A stretch of 64,000 nucleotides of DNA from Gemmatimonadota bacterium (GTDB lineage: Bacteria; Gemmatimonadota; Gemmatimonadetes; Gemmatimonadales; Gemmatimonadaceae): positions 1 to 64,000 of the forward strand of contig JAZJZK010000032.1 in assembly GCA_040389905.1 (NCBI GenBank), written 5' to 3'. Both the position numbers and the translations under genes were made by a program. The notes under the pieces were generated by a model. The model was not told where the DNA came from. It saw only the letters and a list, made by a program, of their open reading frames with translations, and did not search any database. Position 1 is the first letter of the stretch. Every line of letters begins with the position of its first letter. Below, piece after piece: positions 37,108-47,585 of this stretch.

Positions 37108-38586
37108 ATGCGCCGATTTGTCTTTGCCATGCTGTGTGCTCCAGCGCTACTCGCTGCGCAGCAACAACTCGAATTCGCCGGTCGCCGCGCGGAGCTCGCC
37201 GGCAAACTGCCGGATGGTGTGTTCATCGCACTCGGCGCGCACGAGCCGCCGCAGGACTACCTCACCTTCGTCCAGGCGCCCGCGTTCTACTACCTGACCG
37301 GCTTCAAGGAGCCGGATGCCGCGCTACTCATGATCAAGCAGGCGGGCGCGGTGCGGTCCGCGACGATGTTCGTGCAGCCGAAGCAGCCGAGCCGAGAGGT
37401 TTGGACCGGAACGCGCGCTGGTGTGGAGGGGGTGGGGAGGCTCACCGGCATCCGCGGCCGGCCGGCGGGCGACTTGTATCATGTGCTCGATTCGCTGGCG
37501 GCGACAGGGATGCCGTTCTCGGTCGTTGGTGAAGTCGGTCCGCGCGATGAGGACAACGAAGCGGCAACTTTCCGGTCTCCGGACGATCAGCTGTTCGACA
37601 AGCTCAAGCGAAAACACCCAACGCTCGCGCTCACGCCCATCAACGACGCAATCGACCAGCTGCGCGGCCACAAGAGCGCCGCGGAAATCACCTTGATCCG
37701 CAATGCCGTGGACATCACGGTGCGGGCGCTGAAGGAAGTCATTCCAACGATCAAGCAAGGCCAGAACGAATTCGAGATCCAGGCGCTGATCGAATACACC
37801 TTTCGTCGCAATGGCGCGGACCGGCCGTCGTTCTCGACGATTGTCGGTTCGGGACCCAACGCCACGACGCTGCACTACAATGTGAACGATCGCTTCATTG
37901 GCGCGACGGACCTGGTCGTGATGGATGTCGGCGCCTCGTTCCACGGCTATGCGGCAGACGTAACGCGCACCGTTCCTGTGGCGGGCGTGTTCTCGAACGA
38001 ACAGCGTGCGATCTATCAGCTCGTGCGCGACGCGCAGAAAGCAGCGGAGCGCCAGGCGGTTGTAGGCGGTTCGGCGCGCCTGATGACCGACTCGTCGAGC
38101 GCGGTGCTCGCGTCGGGCCTCGCGAAACTCGGGCTGATCGAGTCACCGACGGCAACGTATGATTGTGTCGCTGGACCGCGGCCGCGGCAGTGCGAGCAGT
38201 TGTCACTCTACTACATGCACGGCCTCGGACATGGCATCGGACTGGAGGTTCACGATCCGGAGCAGTACTACTACATGGGCAAGATTCAGCCGGGCAGTGC
38301 GTTCACCATCGAGCCGGGTATCTACGTCCGCGAGAACATCCTTGCGGAAATCCCGGACACGCCGCGCAACCGCGAGCTCGCGAGCAAAGTGAGGAAGGCT
38401 GTGGACCTTTACCGGAACATCGGCGTGCGCATCGAAGACGACTACATCGCGACGCCGCAGGGAGTGGAGTGGATATCCCAGGTCCCCCGTGAGATCGCCG
38501 AGATCGAAGCCATGATGAAGCAGGGATCGCCGGGCGTTGCCGCCCGCGACGAGCTTCGCGTGGAGAAATACCGTCTGGCGCCCTAG
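37108..38586 (+). CDS. pepP: Xaa-Pro aminopeptidase (M24B) with predicted signal peptide
   Basis: AGGAGG SD; FYYLTGF, TLHY, MDVGA...ADVTRT, HGLGHGIGLEVHD, TIEPGIY, GVRIEDD. Confidence 0.9.
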   Translation: MRRFVFAMLCAPALLAAQQQLEFAGRRAELAGKLPDGVFIALGAHEPPQDYLTFVQAPAFYYLTGFKEPDAALLMIKQAGAVRSATMFVQPKQPSREVWTGTRAGVEGVGRLTGIRGRPAGDLYHVLDSLAATGMPFSVVGEVGPRDEDNEAATFRSPDDQLFDKLKRKHPTLALTPINDAIDQLRGHKSAAEITLIRNAVDITVRALKEVIPTIKQGQNEFEIQALIEYTFRRNGADRPSFSTIVGSGPNATTLHYNVNDRFIGATDLVVMDVGASFHGYAADVTRTVPVAGVFSNEQRAIYQLVRDAQKAAERQAVVGGSARLMTDSSSAVLASGLAKLGLIESPTATYDCVAGPRPRQCEQLSLYYMHGLGHGIGLEVHDPEQYYYMGKIQPGSAFTIEPGIYVRENILAEIPDTPRNRELASKVRKAVDLYRNIGVRIEDDYIATPQGVEWISQVPREIAEIEAMMKQGSPGVAARDELRVEKYRLAP

Positions 38587-38589
38587 CAG

Positions 38590-40584
38590 GTGGAAGCTCG
38601 GAAATACACAATCACGAGCGCGGCGGCCGTTACGGCGATCGCCGCGCTCCTGCTGTTCGTGTTCGGGTTGTATCCCTTGGCAAACGACATTGCGCCGGGT
38701 GCGGTGCCCTGGTACGCTCACGCGTCCCGGTTCTGGTTGTTGGTCGGTGGCAGCATCATTATGGCGCTTTTCGCACTTGGGCGACTGATCACGCCGGTGA
38801 TGGATCGCCTCTGGGATGTCGCGAGCCGCGCGGTGCTTGCTCTTCCTGCCCCCGTCTTCGTCGGCGTGGCGGCGCTGTTTGCGTTCCTTGCGTCCGCCCG
38901 TCTTGCCGCCATCTGCTTCGGGCGGCAACCGCACAATGCCGATGAAGTCGCCCAACTCTTCCACGCGAAGATCCTGTTGAGCGGACGCCTCTCCCTCCCG
39001 CTCGACCCCAACCCGGAGTTCTTCGGGATGGACAACATGATCGAAGGTCCGCGCTGGTATTCGCAGTTTCCGATTGGCGGACCGGCATTTCTAGCGATCG
39101 GCGTTGCGCTCGGCGCGGCGTGGTTGGTGAATCCAGCGTTGCTGGGTCTCACCGTCATCGCGGCATACCAGTTTACGCGTCGTGCGTATGGCGAGGGCCT
39201 TGCGCGCGCGACGACGCTGTTGCTTGCACTGTGTCCATTCGCGCTCTTCATGAGTGCAAGCTTCATGAACCACGTGCCCGTGCTGTTTCTCGCCGCGGTC
39301 GCAATGGCGCAGCTCACCCTGTGGGTGGACGCGGAGGATCGGTTTACCGCATTCAGGTCCGCAGCGTTCATTGGCGTCGCGCTTGGTGTGGCGTTCACGG
39401 TGCGGCCGCTCGACGCCCTGGTCGTGGCGGCCGCGATTGGAACGATGCAGGTCACGAGACTGCGTGGAAGCCCGGCACGAGTTCGCTCGCTCGGCGTACA
39501 GATCGTGGCCGGCCTGATTTCGACGCTTCCGTTATTCGTCGTCAATGAACGTACCAATGGCGCGCCGCTGCGTCTTGGCTACGAGGTCCTCTATGGCAGC
39601 GCCCACCAGCTTGGCTTTCACGCGGATCCCTATGGGCTGATGCATACGCCGATGCGCGCGCTGGTGTTGGCATCGAAGTATTTGCTGCAGCTCAACGTGA
39701 TGATGTTTGGATGGCCGATCCCCGTCGTCGCGGTCATCGTGCTGGGGTTGGCGTTGACGCGACGCCCGTCACGCTGGGATCTCTTTCTGGTCATGCTCAT
39801 CCTCGCGCAGGTCATTGCCTACGCGCTCTATTGGCACGATGGCTCGTTTCGTGGGCCGCGCTTCCTCTTTACCGCCCTGCCCGCGCTGATCATTCTCACG
39901 GCGCGCACGCCCTTCCTTCTGGCGTCGTCTTCCAGCGGAGCGGTACGCAGCGCGGCGCGTTTCGCGCTCCCCGTATGCATGGCGATCGTGTGGTTCGCCG
40001 GCGGCGTTGGGAGCAGTGTCCCCGCGTCGGTTCGCCAATACCAACGCCTCGCGGCAGTGACGCGTGTCGATCCGGATTCCCTCGAGCATGCCACCGGGCT
40101 TCACAATGCCCTCGTCTTCATCAACGAAGGACGCGAGGCACGGAACCTTCACGACTTGTGGGCACTCGGCCTCTCTCGCGGAAATGCTGCGCGCGTCATG
40201 GTCTCGGCGTCCGCGTGCGCTGTGCGCTTGGCGATCATAGGCGAGCGGGAGCGGCGGCCGGCGGATTCTGCCGGGCGGCTCGACCGCGTCGTACTCGGCG
40301 CGCGCGCGTTGGATTCACGTGAGCCACCGCTTACGGCGCCGGAATGCGACGAAGACGCGCGGAAGGACAACGCGGGAACCGCGTCATTCGCGCCCTTCTT
40401 CCCCGCCAACGACATCGATGCAACCGGCCGCCTCGGCGGGGATGTGATTTACGCGCTCGACCTGGGCGAACACAACGAGAGTCTCCGCTCGCGCTTCGGC
40501 GATCGAACGTGGTATCGTTTCGGGCCGCTCGGCACGCCGCGCCGGCCCCTGCCCAAACTCCTTCCGTACTCCGATGCCCCGTAG
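38590..40584 (+). CDS. GT-C-fold membrane glycosyltransferase (GT39/PMT_2-like)
   Basis: Many TMs; DE motif after the N-terminal TMs (HNADEVAQ), YSQFPIG, SFMNH, TVRP, GPRF. Confidence 0.72.
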   Translation: MEARKYTITSAAAVTAIAALLLFVFGLYPLANDIAPGAVPWYAHASRFWLLVGGSIIMALFALGRLITPVMDRLWDVASRAVLALPAPVFVGVAALFAFLASARLAAICFGRQPHNADEVAQLFHAKILLSGRLSLPLDPNPEFFGMDNMIEGPRWYSQFPIGGPAFLAIGVALGAAWLVNPALLGLTVIAAYQFTRRAYGEGLARATTLLLALCPFALFMSASFMNHVPVLFLAAVAMAQLTLWVDAEDRFTAFRSAAFIGVALGVAFTVRPLDALVVAAAIGTMQVTRLRGSPARVRSLGVQIVAGLISTLPLFVVNERTNGAPLRLGYEVLYGSAHQLGFHADPYGLMHTPMRALVLASKYLLQLNVMMFGWPIPVVAVIVLGLALTRRPSRWDLFLVMLILAQVIAYALYWHDGSFRGPRFLFTALPALIILTARTPFLLASSSSGAVRSAARFALPVCMAIVWFAGGVGSSVPASVRQYQRLAAVTRVDPDSLEHATGLHNALVFINEGREARNLHDLWALGLSRGNAARVMVSASACAVRLAIIGERERRPADSAGRLDRVVLGARALDSREPPLTAPECDEDARKDNAGTASFAPFFPANDIDATGRLGGDVIYALDLGEHNESLRSRFGDRTWYRFGPLGTPRRPLPKLLPYSDAP

Positions 40585-42139
40585 TCCTGCGCCGCGCGCC
40601 ATTGCGATCGCCACGACGGTGTTCTTCGTGGTGTACCTGCTCATCGGCCTCGTCGCGTTCAAGGACTATGGCATCTCGTGGGACGAGATTCCTACGCGGG
40701 AGTTTGGTGTGATGAACGTCGAGCACGTGGTGCCCGACCTACACGCCCTGGACTCGCTGCGAGCGGCAAAGGGGCCGAACTTCGAGCGCTTCGGGCCCTT
40801 GTACGAAATTGTTCTCGTCCGCATGGAAAAAGCGCTTGGCCTTGGTAACCTGCGCGCGGTTTTTCTCATGCGTCACCTGGTGACGTTCCTCACGTTCTAC
40901 CTTGGCGTCGTCCTCTTTCACGCACTCTGCCGACGTCGCTTTTCTGCTGGCATCTCGCTGCTGGCCTGCCTGTGTCTCGTCGCAAGTCCGCAGCTCTTCT
41001 CGCACTCGTTCTACAACACCAAGGACGTTTCCTTTCTCACCGCTTTCGTGGCGGTGATGCTCACACTGGACGTCCTCCTCGAGCGTCCCGAATGGCGCTC
41101 GCTCGCAATTCATGCGTTGACCTCCGGGCTCCTGATGGGGACGCGCATCCTCGGCCTCTTCGCCATGATGCTGACGGGGGTCGCTGCACTTGCCCGTCGT
41201 CCCACGTTGAAGATGCTCGGCATGCTGGTTGTGTACGGCATCGCGGTGGCGTTGATCCTTCCAGTGGTCTGGCCGGTGCTGCGCATCGATCCCATCGGCA
41301 TTGTCAAAGACGCCATTCTGCATTCCACCACGAACCCATACGGCAAGGCGAACCTGTTCCGCGGCGCCATGGTGCCTGCCACCGCATTGCCGTGGGACTA
41401 CGTACCGACGTGGATTCTCATCACGACACCGTATGTCATCTCGGCACTGTTTGCGGTAGGCGCTGTGAGGAGTGTCACCGCCCTCGCGCGGCACCCGCGT
41501 GAATTCTTCGTAGGTGACAGGCAACGCGATCTCATCGTGATGAGCTGGTTCTTCCTGCCCGTCGTTGGCTGCATGGTACTGCGTCCTGTCCTCTACGATG
41601 GATGGCGGCACCTGTTCTTCGTGTATCCGGCGATGATCTATCTCGCGGCCGTGGGCATGGAGACCATCCTCCACGCGGCGAACGCTCGATGGGGTGGCGC
41701 GCAATACGAGTGGCTGCAACCGGCGCTCACGGCTGCGCTGGTCATCGCGTTGATGCCTGGCGTTTCCTTCATGTACCGGAATCATCCATTCGAGCATCTC
41801 TACTTCAATCGGTTCGCCGGAAAGGACATGCTCGAGGTGAAGCAACGCTACGAGCTCGACTACTGGGGACTCTCGTATCGACAGCTTCTCGAATACATCG
41901 TCCGAAGCGATTCCTCACCCGTGATTCGAGTGCACACCGCCAACTTTCCCGGTATGGTGAACAGCATCATGCTCCGACCGGCAGATCAGAGGCGAGTCAG
42001 GTTCGTGCCACCGAGCGAATACGCGGACTACTTTATCACGAACTATCGCTTTCATCCTGAGCAATACCAATGGACCAACGAAGTCTTCAGCGTGCGCGTC
42101 GGTAATGCATCGGCTGCGTCGGTGTTCCGGCTGAAGTGA
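40574..42139 (+). CDS. Second GT-C-fold membrane glycosyltransferase
   Basis: DYGISWDE motif after TM1, HSFYNTKD, LPWDY, LYDGWRH, YFN, DYWG; many TMs. Confidence 0.75.
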   Translation: MPRSPAPRAIAIATTVFFVVYLLIGLVAFKDYGISWDEIPTREFGVMNVEHVVPDLHALDSLRAAKGPNFERFGPLYEIVLVRMEKALGLGNLRAVFLMRHLVTFLTFYLGVVLFHALCRRRFSAGISLLACLCLVASPQLFSHSFYNTKDVSFLTAFVAVMLTLDVLLERPEWRSLAIHALTSGLLMGTRILGLFAMMLTGVAALARRPTLKMLGMLVVYGIAVALILPVVWPVLRIDPIGIVKDAILHSTTNPYGKANLFRGAMVPATALPWDYVPTWILITTPYVISALFAVGAVRSVTALARHPREFFVGDRQRDLIVMSWFFLPVVGCMVLRPVLYDGWRHLFFVYPAMIYLAAVGMETILHAANARWGGAQYEWLQPALTAALVIALMPGVSFMYRNHPFEHLYFNRFAGKDMLEVKQRYELDYWGLSYRQLLEYIVRSDSSPVIRVHTANFPGMVNSIMLRPADQRRVRFVPPSEYADYFITNYRFHPEQYQWTNEVFSVRVGNASAASVFRLK

Positions 42140-43584
42140 GTGATACAGATGTGTCTTTGAAGACACTCATCGTCGTCCCGACATACAACGAGCGTGACAA
42201 CGCGCCTCGCATGGTCGCGGCCATCCACGCGTTGCACCTCGATGCCGACGTGCTGTTCGTCGACGACGCGTCGCCAGACGGCACAGGGGCGCTGCTCGAT
42301 GCGTTGTGCGCAGAACATCCTCGTCTGGCTGTGTTGCACCGCAGTGGGAAGAACGGCATTGGCAGCGCGCATCTTGACGGAATCGCCTATGCGTACGACG
42401 GCAATTATCAGCGGCTCGTCACGTTGGACTGCGACTTCAGCCACAGTCCGGAGGATATCCCGACGTTCCTCGAGGCCGCGGACAGCGCAGATGTCGTCGT
42501 CGGCTCACGGTGGACGGCGGACCACAGCCTGCCGGGGTGGAATGTCTTTCGGCGGATGATGACGGGGACGGGTCACGTGCTCACACGGACCGTGCTCGGG
42601 TTGCCTTATGATGCGACGGGTGCGTTTCGCACCTATCGGCTCGATCGTATCCCTCGCGACGTCTTTGCCCTGGTTCGTTCGAAGAGCTATGCGTTCTTCT
42701 TCGAGAGCCTCTTCATTTTGCATCGCAATGGCTACCGGATTCGTGAGATTCCGATCGTCCTGCCGGCAAGGACGTATGGCCACTCGAAGATGACAATGCG
42801 GGCGGCGATGCAGAGCGTTCGCATCATGCTTGGCATCGCCTCGTCGTATCGGAGCCAACCGAGTGCATTTCATCTCATGGCGCCACCTGTGACGATCGAC
42901 GAAGCGTTGCACGACCCGCAGGATTGGGATCCGTACTGGGAGCAGTCTGCCGATCCCAGTCGGCGCGTGTACGCCACGATCGCGTCTGTCTACCGCAAGC
43001 TCTTCATTCGGCCGCGACTGCATCGGGCGCTTCGAAGCGCCTTTCCGGCCGGGTCCGAGTTACTGCACGCGGGGTGCGGTGGCGGCCAAGTCGACGAAGG
43101 GCTCCATGGAAGCATGCGCGTGACAGCGCTGGACATCTCCGTTGGCGCGCTTCGTCTCTACCAGCAGCACAATCCGATCGCGGCGCGTGTGCGGCATGGG
43201 GACATCCTCGCGCTACCGTATGCCGAAGCGTCGTTCGATGGTTACTACAATCTCGGCGTCGTCGAGCACTTTACGGACGGGGAGATTCAACGAATCCTTG
43301 CCGAGGCGTCGCGCGTCCTGCGGCCCGATGGAAAGGTGGTGCTCTTCTGGCCGCACGCGCGCGCGACGAGTGTCATCGTGCTCGGACTCGCGCACAAGTT
43401 TCTCGCGAGTCGCGGAAACAAGACACAGCTGCACCCTGCAGAGATTTCCTTGCTGACATCGCGCTCGATGGCCGAGGACTGCTTGCGGCGCGCCGGGTTC
43501 CGGATGATGTCGTACTCGTTTGGCTTTGTGGATCTGTGGATTCAGGCGGTAATTGTCGCGGAAAAGGCTTCCGGAACTGCGTGA
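42136..43584 (+). CDS. Polyprenol-phosphate sugar synthase (GT2, DPM1-like) fused to a class I SAM methyltransferase
   Basis: VVPTYNERDN, VDDASPDGTG, LDCDFSH, DATGAFR, R.YGHSKM; C-terminal LLHAGCGGG, ALDIS, GDILALPY, VVEHF, RVLRPDG. Confidence 0.85.
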   Translation: MSDTDVSLKTLIVVPTYNERDNAPRMVAAIHALHLDADVLFVDDASPDGTGALLDALCAEHPRLAVLHRSGKNGIGSAHLDGIAYAYDGNYQRLVTLDCDFSHSPEDIPTFLEAADSADVVVGSRWTADHSLPGWNVFRRMMTGTGHVLTRTVLGLPYDATGAFRTYRLDRIPRDVFALVRSKSYAFFFESLFILHRNGYRIREIPIVLPARTYGHSKMTMRAAMQSVRIMLGIASSYRSQPSAFHLMAPPVTIDEALHDPQDWDPYWEQSADPSRRVYATIASVYRKLFIRPRLHRALRSAFPAGSELLHAGCGGGQVDEGLHGSMRVTALDISVGALRLYQQHNPIAARVRHGDILALPYAEASFDGYYNLGVVEHFTDGEIQRILAEASRVLRPDGKVVLFWPHARATSVIVLGLAHKFLASRGNKTQLHPAEISLLTSRSMAEDCLRRAGFRMMSYSFGFVDLWIQAVIVAEKASGTA

Positions 43585-43593
43585 AGCCCATGT

Positions 43594-43789
43594 GAACGCG
43601 GATTGAGCGGATTCAACAGAAGCAAACAGCGATTTGCTTTGCGCCAATCACGACAGGCTCGCAGCGATTGCGTCCATGGGACCATCAAAGGCTTCTCCTT
43701 TGAATGTCGACGGGCTGGCGTCGGGTCTCCGAAGCCAGCCCTTCTGCTCGATCCGGCTGTCATCCGTGGAATCCGGACAATCCGCTCCT
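43594..43789. repeat. Family C repeat arms plus a GC-rich hairpin between convergent operons
   Basis: GAACGCGGATTGAGC (43594) is identical to the 13822 arm; 43751-43789 resembles the arm at 54300-54338; hairpin GGGCTGGC...GCCAGCCC at 43712-43741. Confidence 0.7.
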
Positions 43790-43828
43790 TAGGCAGTTGC
43801 AGATTCGGTTATCCGCTGTACCGCCAGT

Positions 43829-45013
43829 CTAGGCCGCGGACGGATACACCTCGAAAACACCAGCGGCGCCCATCCCACCGCCGATACACATCGTTACGAG
43901 TCCGTGCCCGCCGCCACGGCGCGCGAGCTCGTGCACCAATTGCGTCGTAAGCTTCGCACCGGTCGCGCCAAGCGGATGACCGAGCGCGATCGCGCCGCCG
44001 TTCACGTTGACCTTCTCTTCAGACATCCCGAGATCGCGCATCACGGCCACCACCTGCGCCGCGAATGCCTCGTTGAACTCGATCAGGTCGATATCGTCGA
44101 GTGACATTCCTACGCGGGCGAGTGCTTTCGGAACGGCCTTGATCGGCCCCACGCCCATCACGTCCGGATCCACGCCCGCTACCGCGAAGCTCACGAAGCG
44201 CGCAAGCGGCTTGATGCCGCGCGCATCGGCGACTTCGCGACGCATCAGTACCACGGCGGCCGCACCGTCTGAATAGGGGCTCGCATTTCCTGCCGTGACC
44301 GTACCGGTGGCCTTGAAGGCCGGTCGGAGTTTGGCGAGACCTTCCGCCGTGGTCTCGGCGCGTGGCAATTCATCCTTGGAAAAGCTGAGCGTCTCGACCT
44401 GCTTCTCTGTTCCCTTCCACGACACGCGCTCAACCGGGACAGAGACGATCTGCGCATCGAACGCGCCGCTCGCCATCGCGGCCGCCGCGCGCTGCTGGCT
44501 GCGAAGTGCCCATGCGTCCTGCTCCGCGCGACTCACCTTCCACCGATCGGCCACACGTTCCGCCGTGAAGCCCATGCCGATGTACGACTCCATCGCATCG
44601 CTATCGAGACGCGCATGATAGCCCGACATCGGCACCTGGCTCATCATCTCGATACCGCCGGCGAGGACAACGTCGGCCATGCCGCTCATGATCTGCATCG
44701 CGCCATTGGCGATCGTCTGAAGACCCGACGAACAGAACCTGTTGATCGTTTGCGCCGGCACTTCCACCGGAAAGCCTGCGCGCAACGCGCTCAAGCGCGC
44801 GACGTTCAACCCCTGCGATGCTTCCGGCATCGCGCATCCCCAAGCCACGTCGTCGATCGACGCGGGGGTAATGCCGGCGCGCTCCACCGCCTCCTTCATC
44901 ACGAGCGCCGAAAGCTCGATCGGGTGCGTCGAGGCGAGAGCGCCGTCTTTCTTCCCTTTCGCAACCGCGGAACGAACGGCGGAAACGAGAACTACATCGT
45001 TGTTATCCGGCAC
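43829..45013 (-). CDS. fadA: Acetyl-CoA C-acyltransferase (thiolase)
   Basis: [48 protein letters not shown]. Confidence 0.94.
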   Translation of the reverse strand: MPDNNDVVLVSAVRSAVAKGKKDGALASTHPIELSALVMKEAVERAGITPASIDDVAWGCAMPEASQGLNVARLSALRAGFPVEVPAQTINRFCSSGLQTIANGAMQIMSGMADVVLAGGIEMMSQVPMSGYHARLDSDAMESYIGMGFTAERVADRWKVSRAEQDAWALRSQQRAAAAMASGAFDAQIVSVPVERVSWKGTEKQVETLSFSKDELPRAETTAEGLAKLRPAFKATGTVTAGNASPYSDGAAAVVLMRREVADARGIKPLARFVSFAVAGVDPDVMGVGPIKAVPKALARVGMSLDDIDLIEFNEAFAAQVVAVMRDLGMSEEKVNVNGGAIALGHPLGATGAKLTTQLVHELARRGGGHGLVTMCIGGGMGAAGVFEVYPSAA

Positions 45014-45027
45014 GGGATGGTCTCCTG

Positions 45028-47301
45028 TTAGTTACGAAGCGGCTTTCCGGTCTTGAGCGTGTAGACAATCCGCTCCTGCGTTTCCTTCGTTCCCAACAGT
45101 CGCAGAAACGCCTCGCGCTCGAGGTCGAGGATGTCCTGCTCCGTCACGCTGCGGGGCGGGCCATCTCCACCGCAGAGCACGTACGCCAACTCACGGGCGA
45201 TTCGCACTTCGTGATCGGTTATCGCCCCTCCTTCGTGCATCGCCCATCCGGCATAGAGCAAATTGCCGAGGGCATCCTTCCCGAGCGCGGTGATCGTCCT
45301 GGGAGCCGGCGCAACATAGTCTGGCGCGAGATCGAGGACGCGTGCTTTTGCATCCGCGATCAACCGATCGCGATTCATCGAGATGCGGTCAGCCACCGGA
45401 CGGAGGAAGCCGAGATTCCGCGCTTCGAGTGCACTCGTGCTCGTCGTCGCCATGGCGATGAGCTTGAATGCGCGCTTCACCGCCTCGAAGGGATCCGCTT
45501 CGTCGTACGGAGCCAACGCCTCGGTGAAGCGGAAGAGCATCTCCTTCGTGCCGCCACCTGCGGGAATCAAGCCGACGCCGGCCTCGACGAGTCCCATGTA
45601 AAGTTCAGCGTGCGCCTGAATACGATCGCAGTGGAGTGCATATTCACAGCCGCCGCCGAGCGTCAGTCCGAACGGTGCCGCGACGACCGGGAAGGGCGCG
45701 CGGCGAACCAGCATCGCGCCTTCCTGGAAATAGTTCACCATCATCTCCAGGCTCTTCCAGTCGCCGCCCTGTGTCTGCGCGACCACTGCTCCGAGGTCGG
45801 CACCGGCACTGTAGGCGCGCGGGTCGTCGTTGCCGATGACGAGGCCGACGTATTTTCCTTTCGCCACGCGATCGAGGCCAGTGCGCAGCATGGCGAGGAC
45901 ACCCGCGCCCATCGTATTCATCTTGCTCCGCGCTTCCAACAGCAAGACGCCGTCGCCGAGATCGAGGAGGTTGGCGTCCTTGTCCGACTCAATGACGCCG
46001 CCGGCACGCTTGCGCACCATGTCGAGCGCAATCCGTCCCGGCACTTCAGGTACGGGTTCGTGGAAGAAAGAAGCGCCCGGTGCCTCTTTGAGCAGTGATG
46101 GCACATCGAGGCCGAGGCGCTGAAAGCCTTCCACGAGAAACTCGTCGCCGAGCGCTTCCAGTTGATGGAATGGACCGACGTCCCACGCGAAGCCCCACTC
46201 GATCGCGCGATCGACAGAGATGAGATCGTACGCGATCTTCGGCGTTGTCGTCAGAACATAGTGCGACATACGCAGCAGGTAGTTGCGAACGAACTCCCCG
46301 TACTTGCCCGGCAGCATCGCCGCCATCTTGAGCCGCTTCTCGAGCGGCTCCTTCATGAGCGCCCCGATGGCCGGATCGTCGACTTTCTTCTGCGGTCCGT
46401 ACTCCAGGGTTTTCCAGTCGAGCGTGGTGATATCCTTGCCGACTTTCTTGTAGAAGCCCCCGCCGGTCTTGTCGCCGAGACGTCCGCTCTCGGCGAGCGT
46501 GTAGACCCAGTCCGGCATGGAGAAGTCTTCACCTGTGCTCGCGGTGAGTCCTTTCGAGACATGCAACAGGATGTCGAGCCCCGTGATATCCGCAGTCCGG
46601 AACGTCGCGCTCTTGGCGCGGCCCAGCAGCGGGCCAGTCAGCACGTCGACTTCGTCGATCGTGAGGTCGGACTCCATCAGGCCTTTCATGGCCGCGACCA
46701 TCCCGTATACGCCGAGGCGGTTGGCGACGAAACCCGGAACATCCTTCGCGATGACAATCCCCTTGCCGAGGATCGCCTCGCTGAACTCGCGCGCGGCAGC
46801 TGTGACCTCCGGCAGCGTGTCCGGCGTCGGGATGAGCTCGAGCAGGTGCAGGTAGCGCGGCGGATTGAAGAAGTGCATGCCGACGAAGCGCTGCCTGAAC
46901 GAATCGCTGCGCCCTTCGACGAGGACCTTCATTGGAATGCCGGAAGTGTTCGACGCGATGATCGCGTCCGGCTTGAGCAACGGCTCGAGCCGCGCATAGA
47001 GTGCCTGCTTGGGCGCCGGCTGTTCGATGATCGCCTCGAGCACGATGTCGCAATCGGAGAGCATCCCGAGATTGTCGTCGAGATTCCCAATTGCAATGAG
47101 CGAGGCACGCGCCGGATCCATGAACGCAGCGGGACGTGCCTTCTTCGCGCGCTCGAGTCCCGATTTCGCCGGGCCGTTTCTGTCTCCGTCCTTGCCCGCG
47201 ATATCGAGAAGAACAACCGGAATGCCTGCCGAGGCGGCAAGGGCGGCGATGCCGCTTCCCATCGTACCGGCGCCGACGACGCCGAGCTTGGCGATACGCA
47301 T
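45028..47301 (-). CDS. 3-hydroxyacyl-CoA dehydrogenase / enoyl-CoA hydratase fusion (FadN-type)
   Basis: [30 protein letters not shown]; crotonase motifs [25 protein letters not shown]; ends TGKPLRN. Confidence 0.93.
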   Translation of the reverse strand: MRIAKLGVVGAGTMGSGIAALAASAGIPVVLLDIAGKDGDRNGPAKSGLERAKKARPAAFMDPARASLIAIGNLDDNLGMLSDCDIVLEAIIEQPAPKQALYARLEPLLKPDAIIASNTSGIPMKVLVEGRSDSFRQRFVGMHFFNPPRYLHLLELIPTPDTLPEVTAAAREFSEAILGKGIVIAKDVPGFVANRLGVYGMVAAMKGLMESDLTIDEVDVLTGPLLGRAKSATFRTADITGLDILLHVSKGLTASTGEDFSMPDWVYTLAESGRLGDKTGGGFYKKVGKDITTLDWKTLEYGPQKKVDDPAIGALMKEPLEKRLKMAAMLPGKYGEFVRNYLLRMSHYVLTTTPKIAYDLISVDRAIEWGFAWDVGPFHQLEALGDEFLVEGFQRLGLDVPSLLKEAPGASFFHEPVPEVPGRIALDMVRKRAGGVIESDKDANLLDLGDGVLLLEARSKMNTMGAGVLAMLRTGLDRVAKGKYVGLVIGNDDPRAYSAGADLGAVVAQTQGGDWKSLEMMVNYFQEGAMLVRRAPFPVVAAPFGLTLGGGCEYALHCDRIQAHAELYMGLVEAGVGLIPAGGGTKEMLFRFTEALAPYDEADPFEAVKRAFKLIAMATTSTSALEARNLGFLRPVADRISMNRDRLIADAKARVLDLAPDYVAPAPRTITALGKDALGNLLYAGWAMHEGGAITDHEVRIARELAYVLCGGDGPPRSVTEQDILDLEREAFLRLLGTKETQERIVYTLKTGKPLRN

Positions 47302-47374
47302 GCTGGGTCTTTTTTTGGAGTGGTTTGACGCCGAAAGCTAGCTCCCGTCGCGGGATCAGGCAGTCTGGCCGTTA

Positions 47375-47540
47375 TTACCGCAGAGGGCGCAGAGAAAACC
47401 AGAACTGCGGAGGTGCAGACCCCTCGACTCGCTACGCTCGCTCGGGGTGACAAGCTGACGCCTCCTCTGTCGCGCTGAGCGAAGTGAAGGGCCCGCACTT
47501 CCTCTGCGTACCTCTGCCCCTCTGCGTCCTCTGCGGTAAA
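47375..47540. repeat. Composite palindrome: an inverted family B pair nested inside family A arms
   Basis: Outer TTACCGCAGAGGGCGCAGAG...CTCTGCGTCCTCTGCGGTAA; inner B copies at 47410-47452 (+) and 47468-47501 (-). Confidence 0.88.
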
Positions 47541-47585
47541 AAACGGTTGCCACGCAGCGTGGGCACAACCAGACGGAAGTGGCGG

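Noticed and set aside
43640..43710. Minus-strand AAAGGAG followed by a short ORF
   Set aside because: It lies among hairpins and repeat arms between convergent operons; the peptide has no recognisable features
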